From NCBI GenBank assembly GCA_038213805.1, contig JBBQSO010000083.1, forward strand, positions 1-23,454: a stretch of DNA of 23,454 bases, given 5' to 3'. The position numbers were made by a program, and so were the translations under genes. This document shows, one piece after another, positions 1-7,465 of the stretch; the stretch's first letter is position 1, and every line of letters begins with the position of its first letter. Under the pieces are notes generated by a model. That model had not been told where the DNA came from, ran no database searches, and saw nothing but the letters and a program-made list of their open reading frames with translations. The stretch comes from Planctomycetota bacterium (GTDB lineage: Bacteria; Planctomycetota; UBA11346).

Positions 1-125
1 AGCGCCGCGCCGGGATCACCCGGCACCGGCCGCCACTCCGGCACGTGGCTGGCGGCGCGCGCGTGCAGCTCGGCGACAAGGTCATCGAAGCGGCGGTCAT
101 CGAGGCTGGGGATCGGCAGGGGCAT
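1..125 (-). CDS. Baseplate J-like (Afp11/gp6-type) baseplate assembly protein, N-terminal fragment; continues beyond the left edge
   Basis: Not in the ORF track. Manual translation from ATG at 125 gives MPLPIPSLDDRRFDDLVAELHARAASHVPEWRPVPGDPGAA, matching the typical eCIS baseplate-J start (PxLDDRxFxDLV...PEW...DPG). It lies directly after the gp25 gene. Confidence 0.85.
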   Translation of the reverse strand, partial: MPLPIPSLDDRRFDDLVAELHARAASHVPEWRPVPGDPGAA

Positions 126-146
126 GGCGGAGTCCGTACCGGGGCG

Positions 147-533
147 TCAGGGTGCGAGGTCGAGGGTCAGATCGAGAGAGCCGACGCTGGCGTCGGCGAG
201 CAGGCGGTAGCGCACCGCCACGCCGACGGTGGCCGGCGCGTCGGGCACCGCGCTGACCACCACGTCGTCGATGGCGATGCGCGGCTCGCCACGCGCCAGG
301 GCGCGGCGCACCTCGCCGGCGAGCAGCCCGCGCGTGGTCTCGTTGTTGGGCTGGTGGACGAAGCGCGTGATGCCGGCGCCGATCTCCGGGCGCATCAGGC
401 GCTCGCCCGGACGGGTCAGCAGCAGGTTGAGCAGCGCCGCGCGGATCGACGCGTCGCCGCTGGTCCAGGCGAGCGCCCCCGTGTCGTCCGGCCCGGCGAG
501 CGGCCAGCCTCTGGTGGGATCGGCGGCGCTCAT
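147..533 (-). CDS. GPW/gp25-family baseplate wedge / sheath-initiator protein (Afp9-like), 128 aa
   Basis: Contains GWP...SIRAALLNLLLTRPGERLMRPEIGAG...EPRI, the gp25 signature (LxTxPGERxxRPxFG...EPRI). ATG at 533 overlaps the upstream stop (ATGA). Confidence 0.92.
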   Translation of the reverse strand: MSAADPTRGWPLAGPDDTGALAWTSGDASIRAALLNLLLTRPGERLMRPEIGAGITRFVHQPNNETTRGLLAGEVRRALARGEPRIAIDDVVVSAVPDAPATVGVAVRYRLLADASVGSLDLTLDLAP

Positions 534-2176
534 GGCTTGCGCAGGCAGAACGACGGCAGTTTGAGGAACACCCACGGCAGCCAGAAGAAGATGATGTTGA
601 GCAGGCCGATGATGATGCTCAGCACGATCATCGCGCAGATGGTGATCGCGGGCAGGCTAAAGCTGAAGCTCCAGCACAGGCCCAGCCCGGCTCCGCCCTG
701 CTTGGAGACCTTGAGCCCGTCGGAAGAGACCGAGAGCAGCTTCTCCGCAAGGTCCTTGGGCGCGAGGAAGTGTGCGCCAAACAAGCCGCGCTTGAGGTCC
801 TTGAGCGACGGCAGCGCGACCACACGCGGTCGCCCAGCCTCGGGATCGTAGGGTGACGCGACGCGGAACGGCGCGCTCGGTCGCCCCCACGCGACGTGGG
901 TGCACGCCGCTCCTGCCCAGCGCACGAACGGCACCACGACGAAGCGCTCGTCGTCAGCGTGGCTGAAGCGCGGCAGCGGCGCGCCCCCGATGGTGGCGTC
1001 GATGGCGGACAGGTCGCGCACCAACAGCGCGCCGCGCAGCGCCGCGGCCTGGGCCTCGCCCACCGTGAGGGTCCAGTCGCGGATGCCGCCGCCGAGCTCC
1101 AGCCCCGGCAACACGCCAGGCGTGGCTTGGCCGAGCAGCACGTCCTGGCGGCCGAGCAGATCGTGCAACGCGCTTGCGCCGTCGCTGGCGAGCGGTGCGA
1201 GCTGGGCGCGCAGCCAATCCAGGACGCTCAGGACGCTGGTCTGGAGCATCGGGCGCAGCCACTCGTCCAGTCCGATCAGGTGGGTGGATACCAGCTGCCA
1301 GTCGGCGAGCGCGGACTCCAGTCCCGCGTTATCGCCGCCGGGGATGATCCCGACGCGGTGGCGATGCACGAGATCGGCGATCAGCTTGAAGAAATCCAGG
1401 GTCGGCACGCCGCTGGCGATCAGCGCACCGTCACCCTCAGCCCAGGTGCGCGCCGGCGTGCCGAACGGCCAGGCGCGGCTGCCGGACAGCTGCTGGCTGA
1501 GCCCGGCGAGCTGGTCCGCCGGGATGCTGCCGCCCGCACCGGGCCGCAGCACCGGCTTGGCCGCGCCCCCACCCACCGGCAGGTAGCCTGAAAGGATGGT
1601 GTGGGTGCGGCCGGCGGTCTCGGCGACCACCTGCGCCAGCAGCGGATGGGTCTGCTCGCCGGTGTAGGGTGGCGCGGGGGATGGCGGCACGCCGGTCGCG
1701 CGACGGTCGTGGTCGGGATCGAGATCGCCCCCCTCGCTCGGCTGCCAGCCCAGCGCCGCGCCCCGCACCGTCAGCCACTGGCTGGTCGTGCCATCGCGCT
1801 CGCAGCGCCGCACCACGAAGCCGGCCGAGCGGATGCGCTTCGGATCGAGCGCCGGCCGACCCGCGATGCCGCACACCGCCGCAACGCTGACCAGATAAAA
1901 TGTACCGCTGATGGGATGGCGCAGGCAGGTCGCGGCGATGCCCGCGAAGCGGTCCTCATGCTGCCAGGCGAAGTGCGCTCCGGGAGCAAGGTGACCCGTC
2001 GCGAATGCCTGGAGGTCGGCGTTGAAGGCGTCGACGAAGCCCGCATCGAGATAACGGTGCAGCGCGACCGCGGCGCTGCCGTCCTGGTAGAACGGCGCCT
2101 GCAGTTCCGCCGCGTGGCTGTGCGTGGCGCCGCGCGGCGCCGGCGTCAGCACCCGTGCGTCGGCCGCTGCCATCAT
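530..2176 (-). CDS. Uncharacterised eCIS-associated protein (~548 aa) with a hydrophobic C-terminal segment
   Basis: Long in-operon ORF with a normal protein-like composition, ATGA-coupled to gp25. The start is placed at MMAAADARV (2176/2173) to avoid overlapping the spike gene; the RBS is weak. The C-terminus LCWSFSFSLPAITICAMIVLSIIIGLLNIIFFWLPWVFL is strongly hydrophobic. Confidence 0.85.
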   Translation of the reverse strand: MMAAADARVLTPAPRGATHSHAAELQAPFYQDGSAAVALHRYLDAGFVDAFNADLQAFATGHLAPGAHFAWQHEDRFAGIAATCLRHPISGTFYLVSVAAVCGIAGRPALDPKRIRSAGFVVRRCERDGTTSQWLTVRGAALGWQPSEGGDLDPDHDRRATGVPPSPAPPYTGEQTHPLLAQVVAETAGRTHTILSGYLPVGGGAAKPVLRPGAGGSIPADQLAGLSQQLSGSRAWPFGTPARTWAEGDGALIASGVPTLDFFKLIADLVHRHRVGIIPGGDNAGLESALADWQLVSTHLIGLDEWLRPMLQTSVLSVLDWLRAQLAPLASDGASALHDLLGRQDVLLGQATPGVLPGLELGGGIRDWTLTVGEAQAAALRGALLVRDLSAIDATIGGAPLPRFSHADDERFVVVPFVRWAGAACTHVAWGRPSAPFRVASPYDPEAGRPRVVALPSLKDLKRGLFGAHFLAPKDLAEKLLSVSSDGLKVSKQGGAGLGLCWSFSFSLPAITICAMIVLSIIIGLLNIIFFWLPWVFLKLPSFCLRKP

Positions 2177-2217
2177 GCGCCGGCTGACCGGCCGACCCGG
2201 ACGCGTGGTATGCGGGA

Positions 2218-2859
2218 TCACCAGATGTTCCCGGCGCCGGGCGTGTACGATGACGAGATCACCGCATCGGCCATCAACGTGGTGCATTTCACCACGCCCG
2301 AGCAGTTCACCATCCCGGCGTCAATGGTGACCTGTCCGGCGCTGATCTTGACCTGCCCGGCCGTGACCTCGACGGAGGCGGAGGCCTGGACCTCGACCTT
2401 GGAGCTGGTCACCGTCACGGTGGTGCCCTGGACGTCGATCTTCACCATGCCGCCGCTGCCGTCGGTGACCTGCACCTGATTGCCCTGCGGCGTGGTGATC
2501 TTCAGCTGCGGACCGTCATCGTCGTCAAACAGCATGACCGTGCCCTTGGGCGTGGTGATGCAGTAGCGTGACTGCACCGGCGACTGGTCGCCGCCGGTCT
2601 TGGCCTTGCCCGTCCACAGCGCCCCCATCACCACCGGGAACTCCGGCGAGACGAAGCCCACCACCACCACCTCGTCCTTGCGCGGCAGCAGCTGCACGCC
2701 GTAGTCCGCGCCCGCGGAATGCGTGGCGCACGGCGCCCACAAGGTGATGCCGAGCGCCGGCACCTCGACCTGGACACGCCCGCGGTTCTCGCTGTCGGCG
2801 TTGTCGCGCACCAGGCCGACATGCAGGCCGGCGAAGGGGCTGGGTGGGGGCGCGGTCAT
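2218..2859 (-). CDS. Phage baseplate assembly protein V / Gp5-like central spike (OB-fold plus beta-helix), 213 aa
   Basis: GLVRDNADSENRGRVQVEVP...WAPCAT...AGADYGVQLLPRKDEVVVVGF...PVVMGALW is the Gp5/VgrG OB-fold motif. It is followed by beta-helical repeats (ITTPKG, ITTPQGN, VEVQAS). ATG at 2859 overlaps the hub gene stop (ATGA). Confidence 0.9.
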   Translation of the reverse strand: MTAPPPSPFAGLHVGLVRDNADSENRGRVQVEVPALGITLWAPCATHSAGADYGVQLLPRKDEVVVVGFVSPEFPVVMGALWTGKAKTGGDQSPVQSRYCITTPKGTVMLFDDDDGPQLKITTPQGNQVQVTDGSGGMVKIDVQGTTVTVTSSKVEVQASASVEVTAGQVKISAGQVTIDAGMVNCSGVVKCTTLMADAVISSSYTPGAGNIW

Positions 2860-3899
2860 GGCGTCCAGTCCGGGCGGGCCACGGCCAGCCAGCATTCGTA
2901 GCCGTGGTCGCGGTCGAAGCGGTGCACCGCCGCGACCACGCCGTAGGTGCCGGCCAGGCGCGGGCTGACGCCATCGAGGCGCACGCTCGCGCCCGGCGCC
3001 AGGCGCGGGTCGCCCTCGCACACCACGTCGCCGCGCAGGAAGGCGCCGGCCTGGCGCGCCAGTCCGCCGCGTGCGAGATCGCGCGCATGGCCGCTGGACA
3101 GCCCGACCGGCCAGGGCAGGCGGGCGCTCGCGCCCCAGCCGAGATCCTGCAGGTGGTCCGCCGCGCTGCGCCCGGCGGGCGCGGGCTGGAGCTGGTCGCA
3201 GTTCTCCTCGACGGCCTCGCCGCCGGGCAGGTTGTAGCCGGCGACGGTGACGTCGCGCTGCTGCCGTGCGAGATCGGCGGTGATGCGCACACGGTGACCG
3301 TTGTCGCGCGCGTCGATCACCACCGGCGTGTCCGCCTCGGCCGGCTTGGCGCGCAGGGTCGTGCCGCCAACCAGGCGCAGTGGGATGCCGAAGGGCCGCA
3401 CCAGGCGGCGCAGCAGGGCGAGATCGCTTTCGTCGAGCTGGTGCACCGTCAGCGCCGCGCTTGAGACCTGGACGTCGGCCTGCAGCCCGCCCGCCTGCGC
3501 GACGCTGCTGATGATGTCGTCGATGCTGGTCTCGGTGAAGACCTTGCTGCGCTGGTTGCGCGCCAAGCGGTGCAGCTTGTCCTCGGCCAGCAGCACCAGC
3601 TTGGGCGCGCCCTCGCCGTAGCGTTCCTCGATGGCGGTGACCTCGCCCCGGAACACCGTCACCGGCGTGGCGCCGAAGGCGACCTCGAGCGCGTCGCCCA
3701 GGGCGATGTCGAGCAAGGCGTAGGTGGAATCGCCGCCATCGCCGCTGCCCCAGTTGGCGAACTCGAGCTCGACGTGGTCGAGTCCTTCCGCGGGCTGGGT
3801 GATGGTCGCGGCGAGCAGCGCCGCGGTGAGACGCTGCTCCGCCTGGCCCTGACGCTTCAGGGTCGGCGCGGTCGCCACCAGGGCCTGGTCGGCGGGCAT
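2856..3899 (-). CDS. Phage late control D / gp27-like baseplate hub (N-terminal half of a split VgrG/Afp8), 347 aa
   Basis: Motifs VFRGEVTAIEERY, AEDKLHRL, QLDESDLALLRRL, GDPRLAPG, RLAGTYGVVAAVHRFD..GY are typical of GpD/VgrG hub domains. ATG at 3899 overlaps the upstream TGA (TGATG). Confidence 0.9.
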   Translation of the reverse strand: MPADQALVATAPTLKRQGQAEQRLTAALLAATITQPAEGLDHVELEFANWGSGDGGDSTYALLDIALGDALEVAFGATPVTVFRGEVTAIEERYGEGAPKLVLLAEDKLHRLARNQRSKVFTETSIDDIISSVAQAGGLQADVQVSSAALTVHQLDESDLALLRRLVRPFGIPLRLVGGTTLRAKPAEADTPVVIDARDNGHRVRITADLARQQRDVTVAGYNLPGGEAVEENCDQLQPAPAGRSAADHLQDLGWGASARLPWPVGLSSGHARDLARGGLARQAGAFLRGDVVCEGDPRLAPGASVRLDGVSPRLAGTYGVVAAVHRFDRDHGYECWLAVARPDWTP

Positions 3900-4066
3900 C
3901 AGTCCACCACCAGCCGCTCGCGGCGATCGCGGGCGCGCCATTCGTGAGCGAGGCGCACGCAAAACGACTCGGGTTCGCCGCCACCCGCGGGTGGCGCGTT
4001 CGCCGCGGTGGTCTCGGCCGCGTCGGCCTCGACCTCGATCTGGATGTCCTGGATGTGCACGGGCAT
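3899..4066 (-). CDS. Small eCIS protein, 55 aa (DUF5908/Afp6-like by size and N-terminus)
   Basis: MPVHIQDIQIEVEA...RDRRERLVVD. AGGA RBS upstream, stop coupled to the hub gene start, and it fills the gap between two operon genes. The family call is tentative. Confidence 0.7.
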   Translation of the reverse strand: MPVHIQDIQIEVEADAAETTAANAPPAGGGEPESFCVRLAHEWRARDRRERLVVD

Positions 4067-4077
4067 GGCTGGTCCTG

Positions 4078-4875
4078 TCAGATTCCGAATGAGACGCCGA
4101 TGGCGATCCCTGCGCCCGCTGACGGCGGCGCGAAGGCACCAGGGATAGCGGTGCCGAGCGACGCCGAGGCGCCGACGCTGAAGCCGCCCGCTGAGACCTC
4201 GAGGCCGACATGGGCCACGCTCACGCCGAAGCCGCCGGGCGCGCGCGGGTTCTCGATGCCGCTCGCCAGCGCGCTGTCGCGCCAGTCCCGGGCCGAGGCG
4301 CGCGCGCGCTCCACCGACTTGGCGACCGGCTCGTCGGGTGCGCCAACGAAGGTCGGCGGCTGGCGCTGCGACGGCGGCGTGGCCGGCTTGGCGAAGGCGA
4401 ACTGGTACTGGTCCTCCTTGATCGAGAGCGCCACCGTCGAGCGCAGGGGCACGCCCTCCGGCGAGAAGAAGTCGAGAGTCTCCTGGTACGAGGCGATGAT
4501 GCCGTCGAACGCGAACGTGCCCCACTGGAAGCACAACCGCTTCGGAGTCTTCTCGTCCTTGCCCGCCTTCATGAAGGTGTCGGCGATCCTGGCGGTGCGC
4601 TTGCGCACGTCCTCGACCGCGCCCTCCTGCTCGGGCAGCGAGGTGTCGAAGATGAGCTCGACCGCGAGCGTCGAGGCGCGCTTCTCGATGTGCTGCGCAG
4701 CCGTGCTCTTCTTCTTCGATCCGGCGTCGGCCTTGATCTCGTTCTCGAGGCCGACCTTGAGCGTGGTCGGATTGAACTGCACGGTGATGCTGCTGCCGGT
4801 GTCGAGGTCGAGCGAGCCGTCCTGGTACGGGACCAGACGCGCCTTGACCAGATCGGGTGCGGTGGCGTCAGCCAT
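4078..4875 (-). CDS. CIS tube-initiator protein (Afp7/Pvc7-like) with a degenerate LysM-like C-terminal motif, 265 aa
   Basis: ITVQFNPTTL...LAVELIFDTS...DVRKRT...PKRLCFQWGTFAFDGIIASYQETLDFFSPEGVPLRSTVALSIKE is the CIS tube-initiator signature. WRDSALASGIENPR resembles the LysM end motif WRxIAxxNxIxNP. GGAG RBS. Confidence 0.9.
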   Translation of the reverse strand: MADATAPDLVKARLVPYQDGSLDLDTGSSITVQFNPTTLKVGLENEIKADAGSKKKSTAAQHIEKRASTLAVELIFDTSLPEQEGAVEDVRKRTARIADTFMKAGKDEKTPKRLCFQWGTFAFDGIIASYQETLDFFSPEGVPLRSTVALSIKEDQYQFAFAKPATPPSQRQPPTFVGAPDEPVAKSVERARASARDWRDSALASGIENPRAPGGFGVSVAHVGLEVSAGGFSVGASASLGTAIPGAFAPPSAGAGIAIGVSFGI

Positions 4876-4877
4876 GG

Positions 4878-5369
4878 TCAGGCTCCCTGCGCCGCGGCGC
4901 TGCGCGCGCCGCGCGCCAGGGTCAGGCCCTCGTGGGCGAGGTGCAGCTCCTCGACCGCCACCTGGGCGGCGGTGGCGTTCAGGTCGGCGCCCTTGAACTT
5001 GACCGGCAGGCAGCGGGTCAGGTTCCAGGTCAGCAGCACCTGCGCCTCGGGCGTGGTCAGTGCATCCATGACCTCGATACGGCCATCGAGACGGCTGCCG
5101 AAATTGGCCAGGCGCGCCACCGTATCGAACCACGTCCAGGCGTCGTTCAGTTCGGTCACGCCACGCTTCAGCACCACCGTCGCAAACGTCACCGGCCCTG
5201 CGCGCATGACCTCGCCCCAGGCGCGGCCGCCCTCGGCGATCTTCTTCGGTGCCATCGTCGCCTCCAGGCCGGTGACCTCGCTGAAGGCGCCGCCGCACAG
5301 CGTGGTGCCGCCCTGGATGAGGCTGACGCGGAAGCGGAAGGGGATGAAGAGCGTGGATTCAGCGGCCAT
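4878..5369 (-). CDS. T4 gp19-like tail tube protein, second paralog (Afp5-like), 163 aa
   Basis: FRFRV...GAFSEVTGLE...EGG...VVLKRGV...AWTWF...W...PVKFKGADLNA...VAVEELHLAHEGL is the Phage_T4_gp19 pattern. Confidence 0.95.
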   Translation of the reverse strand: MAAESTLFIPFRFRVSLIQGGTTLCGGAFSEVTGLEATMAPKKIAEGGRAWGEVMRAGPVTFATVVLKRGVTELNDAWTWFDTVARLANFGSRLDGRIEVMDALTTPEAQVLLTWNLTRCLPVKFKGADLNATAAQVAVEELHLAHEGLTLARGARSAAAQGA

Positions 5370-6882
5370 TGCGCTGCTCCAGGGCGAAGCGGCCGTCGCG
5401 GCCGATCAAGGCCAGGCGCACGAGATCGATGGGCAGGGCAGGACGCAGTTCGAGCTCGATGATAAGCTGACCGTCGCCGGCCGGGATGACCTGCACGCGG
5501 AAGGCCGGCGCGTCCGGGCCGCCGCTGGTCAGCGCACCGCGCTGCAGCAGGCGCTCGAGCTCCTCCTCGACCACCAGGCCCACCGCCGGATCGCGCGGAT
5601 CGGCGGTGAAGACCAGGCGTTCGCCGAGGCGCTCCAAGCGCCGGCGCAGCCAGCCGAGGAAACGTGCGACCTCAGAGGAGTACGCCAGCTCCGCGCTCGG
5701 CGAGCGCTCATCATCCAGCTCCAACCGCCCACCGGTCACCACCAGCACGCCGACGTGGTCGCCCTCGCGCAGCTCGGCGGCGGCGAGCACGTCGACGACT
5801 GGGAAGGGTCGCGCCAGGGTGGGCAGGGCGATGCCGGCGATCGAACGCCACGGCCCGAGCGCGCGCGCGCTGGCCGCGATCATCCCGGCGAGCAGCCCCG
5901 CGGAACTGACCAGGGCGCCCGCGGGATCGCGCAGGTAGGGCCACAACGGCTGCAGCACGCGCGCGGCGCGTGCGTCGGCGGCGAGCTGCGCGAGCGCGGC
6001 GCGCCCGACCGCGTCGAGGCCGGGCATGCCGCCATCGGCACCGGGCAGCGTCGCACCGGCAGCCGAGCGTTTGCGCGAGGCCAACGGCAGCGTGTAGAGC
6101 CACTGCACATCGGGACGGAACACGGCGAGGAAGCCGGCGATGCCGCGCAGCGCCGCGGCGGCTCCCGGTCCCGGCAGCGGCGGCATTGCCGAAGCGGCGC
6201 GCGCGAGCGGCGCGGGGGCGCCGCGGCACGGCAGGAACTCCGGCGCGGGCGGGGGCGGATCGTCGACATAGGGATCGGCGAGATCCGCCGGGATCAGTAG
6301 GCGTTCAAGATCGGGCGTGGCAAAGAGGCCGGCCTCCGGGATGACGACCAGCAGCTCGACGCCGCGCAGGCGCTCCGGCTCGCTCAACCGGCCTTGCACC
6401 ACCGCCGGATCCGCAGGCAGGAAGCCTTCCGTGCCTGCGTCCTCGCCGACCGCGATCACCCAGCACTGCTCGCCACCGGCCTGGAAGAAGTCGGCCACTG
6501 CGCGCGCCAGCCACGAGCCCGCACCGCACAGCGGCCGACCGTCCAACGGCGCCGCGCTGGCCGCCTGCGGAAACGCCGCGGTGAAGGCGGCGAGGCTGGT
6601 GAAGGCCAGTGGCAGATGCGTGAGGTCACCGTCACCGGCGAGCCGCGCGGCGAGCGCCTCGTCGGCCACCGGCAGCGCCGCCTCGCCACCCATCAGCCGG
6701 CGCAGCAACGCGGCGAACGCGGTGAAGCCGGCCGCGCCAAGGGCGTCGACAGCGGCTGCACCCAGTGCGCCCGCCACCTGCGGCCCCGGGCAGTGCCCGA
6801 CGAAGGCCGCCTCGAGCGCGGGCGCACTGCGCCGCACCGGGACGGGCGCAAGGTCGACGCGACGGTTGGCGAGAAGGATCAC
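5359..6882 (-). CDS. Divergent second contractile sheath paralog, ~507 aa
   Basis: GTG start at 6882 with GGGAG RBS. Recognisable but degenerate sheath motifs: LARAVADFFQAGGEQCWVIAV, LFATPDL, LWPYLRD, SAGLLAGMIA, RLVF, LLQRGAL, AFRVQV, GQLIIELELRPALP. Confidence 0.8.
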   Translation of the reverse strand: MILLANRRVDLAPVPVRRSAPALEAAFVGHCPGPQVAGALGAAAVDALGAAGFTAFAALLRRLMGGEAALPVADEALAARLAGDGDLTHLPLAFTSLAAFTAAFPQAASAAPLDGRPLCGAGSWLARAVADFFQAGGEQCWVIAVGEDAGTEGFLPADPAVVQGRLSEPERLRGVELLVVIPEAGLFATPDLERLLIPADLADPYVDDPPPPAPEFLPCRGAPAPLARAASAMPPLPGPGAAAALRGIAGFLAVFRPDVQWLYTLPLASRKRSAAGATLPGADGGMPGLDAVGRAALAQLAADARAARVLQPLWPYLRDPAGALVSSAGLLAGMIAASARALGPWRSIAGIALPTLARPFPVVDVLAAAELREGDHVGVLVVTGGRLELDDERSPSAELAYSSEVARFLGWLRRRLERLGERLVFTADPRDPAVGLVVEEELERLLQRGALTSGGPDAPAFRVQVIPAGDGQLIIELELRPALPIDLVRLALIGRDGRFALEQRNGR

Positions 6883-6904
6883 GGTGGGCTCCCGCTGCAG
6901 CCGC

Positions 6905-7366
6905 TCAGGCCTGCTCGACGGCTTCGACGGACAGCACCAGTTCCTCCATCGCCACGTCGCCACCACCCTTGGCGGTCAGCGTCGGGCCCGTCCACTTGAT
7001 CGGCATGGCGCGGCGCAGCGTCCACGACACCACGGTGGCGTCGCGCTTCTCGTTGCGCAGCTTGATCACGACGTCGCGCTTGGCGTTGGCGAGGTCGCCG
7101 GTGCGCAGCGTGTCGATCCATTCGTAGAGATTTTGCGCGCCGATCACTCCGCGCTTGAGGGTCACGTCGCCGGTCTTGAAGACCCCGGGGATCTTGCGCA
7201 CGTGGTTGACGTTGTCGTTGCCGTTGCGGTACTCGGCGACGGTGACCTCGGTATTGAGTCCCGAGACCTCGCTGAAGCCGGCCTGGAAGTCGCTGCCGGA
7301 CGGGCCGTCGCCGAGTTCGACGAGGAAGTTGAACGATGAGTACGGGGTGTCGCGCAGGGTGGGCAT
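6905..7366 (-). CDS. T4 gp19-like major tail tube protein (Afp1-like), 153 aa
   Basis: PYSSFNFLVE...AGFSEVSGL..EVTVAEYRNG...RKIPG...DVTLKRGVIG...LYEW...W.L.RAMPIKWTGPTLTA...VAMEELVL. AGGAG RBS. Confidence 0.97.
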   Translation of the reverse strand: MPTLRDTPYSSFNFLVELGDGPSGSDFQAGFSEVSGLNTEVTVAEYRNGNDNVNHVRKIPGVFKTGDVTLKRGVIGAQNLYEWIDTLRTGDLANAKRDVVIKLRNEKRDATVVSWTLRRAMPIKWTGPTLTAKGGGDVAMEELVLSVEAVEQA

Positions 7367-7415
7367 GGGGAACTCCTGAAGATGACTGGGTTATGAAGGA
7401 TGGGATGTGTGCGCC

Positions 7416-7462
7416 GCGAGTCTCGAGTCGTGAGCCTTCGCAGCTCGCGACTCGCGACTCGC
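7416..7462. repeat. Inverted repeat (20-bp arms, 2 mismatches, 7-nt loop) built from GACTCGC/GCGAGTC heptamers, between the sheath and tube genes
   Basis: gcgagtctcgagtcgtgagc (7416-7435), loop cttcgca, gctcgcgactcgcgactcgc (7443-7462). It lies 3 nt past the sheath stop codon. Confidence 0.85.
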
Positions 7463-7465
7463 AAA

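Noticed and set aside
2860..3984. 375-codon N-terminal extension of the spike ORF (2218..3984), suggesting a frameshifted full-length VgrG
   Set aside because: The extension translates to Arg/Gly/Pro-rich nonsense overlapping the real hub gene in another frame. The clean ATGA junction at 2856-2859 indicates two genuine coupled genes.
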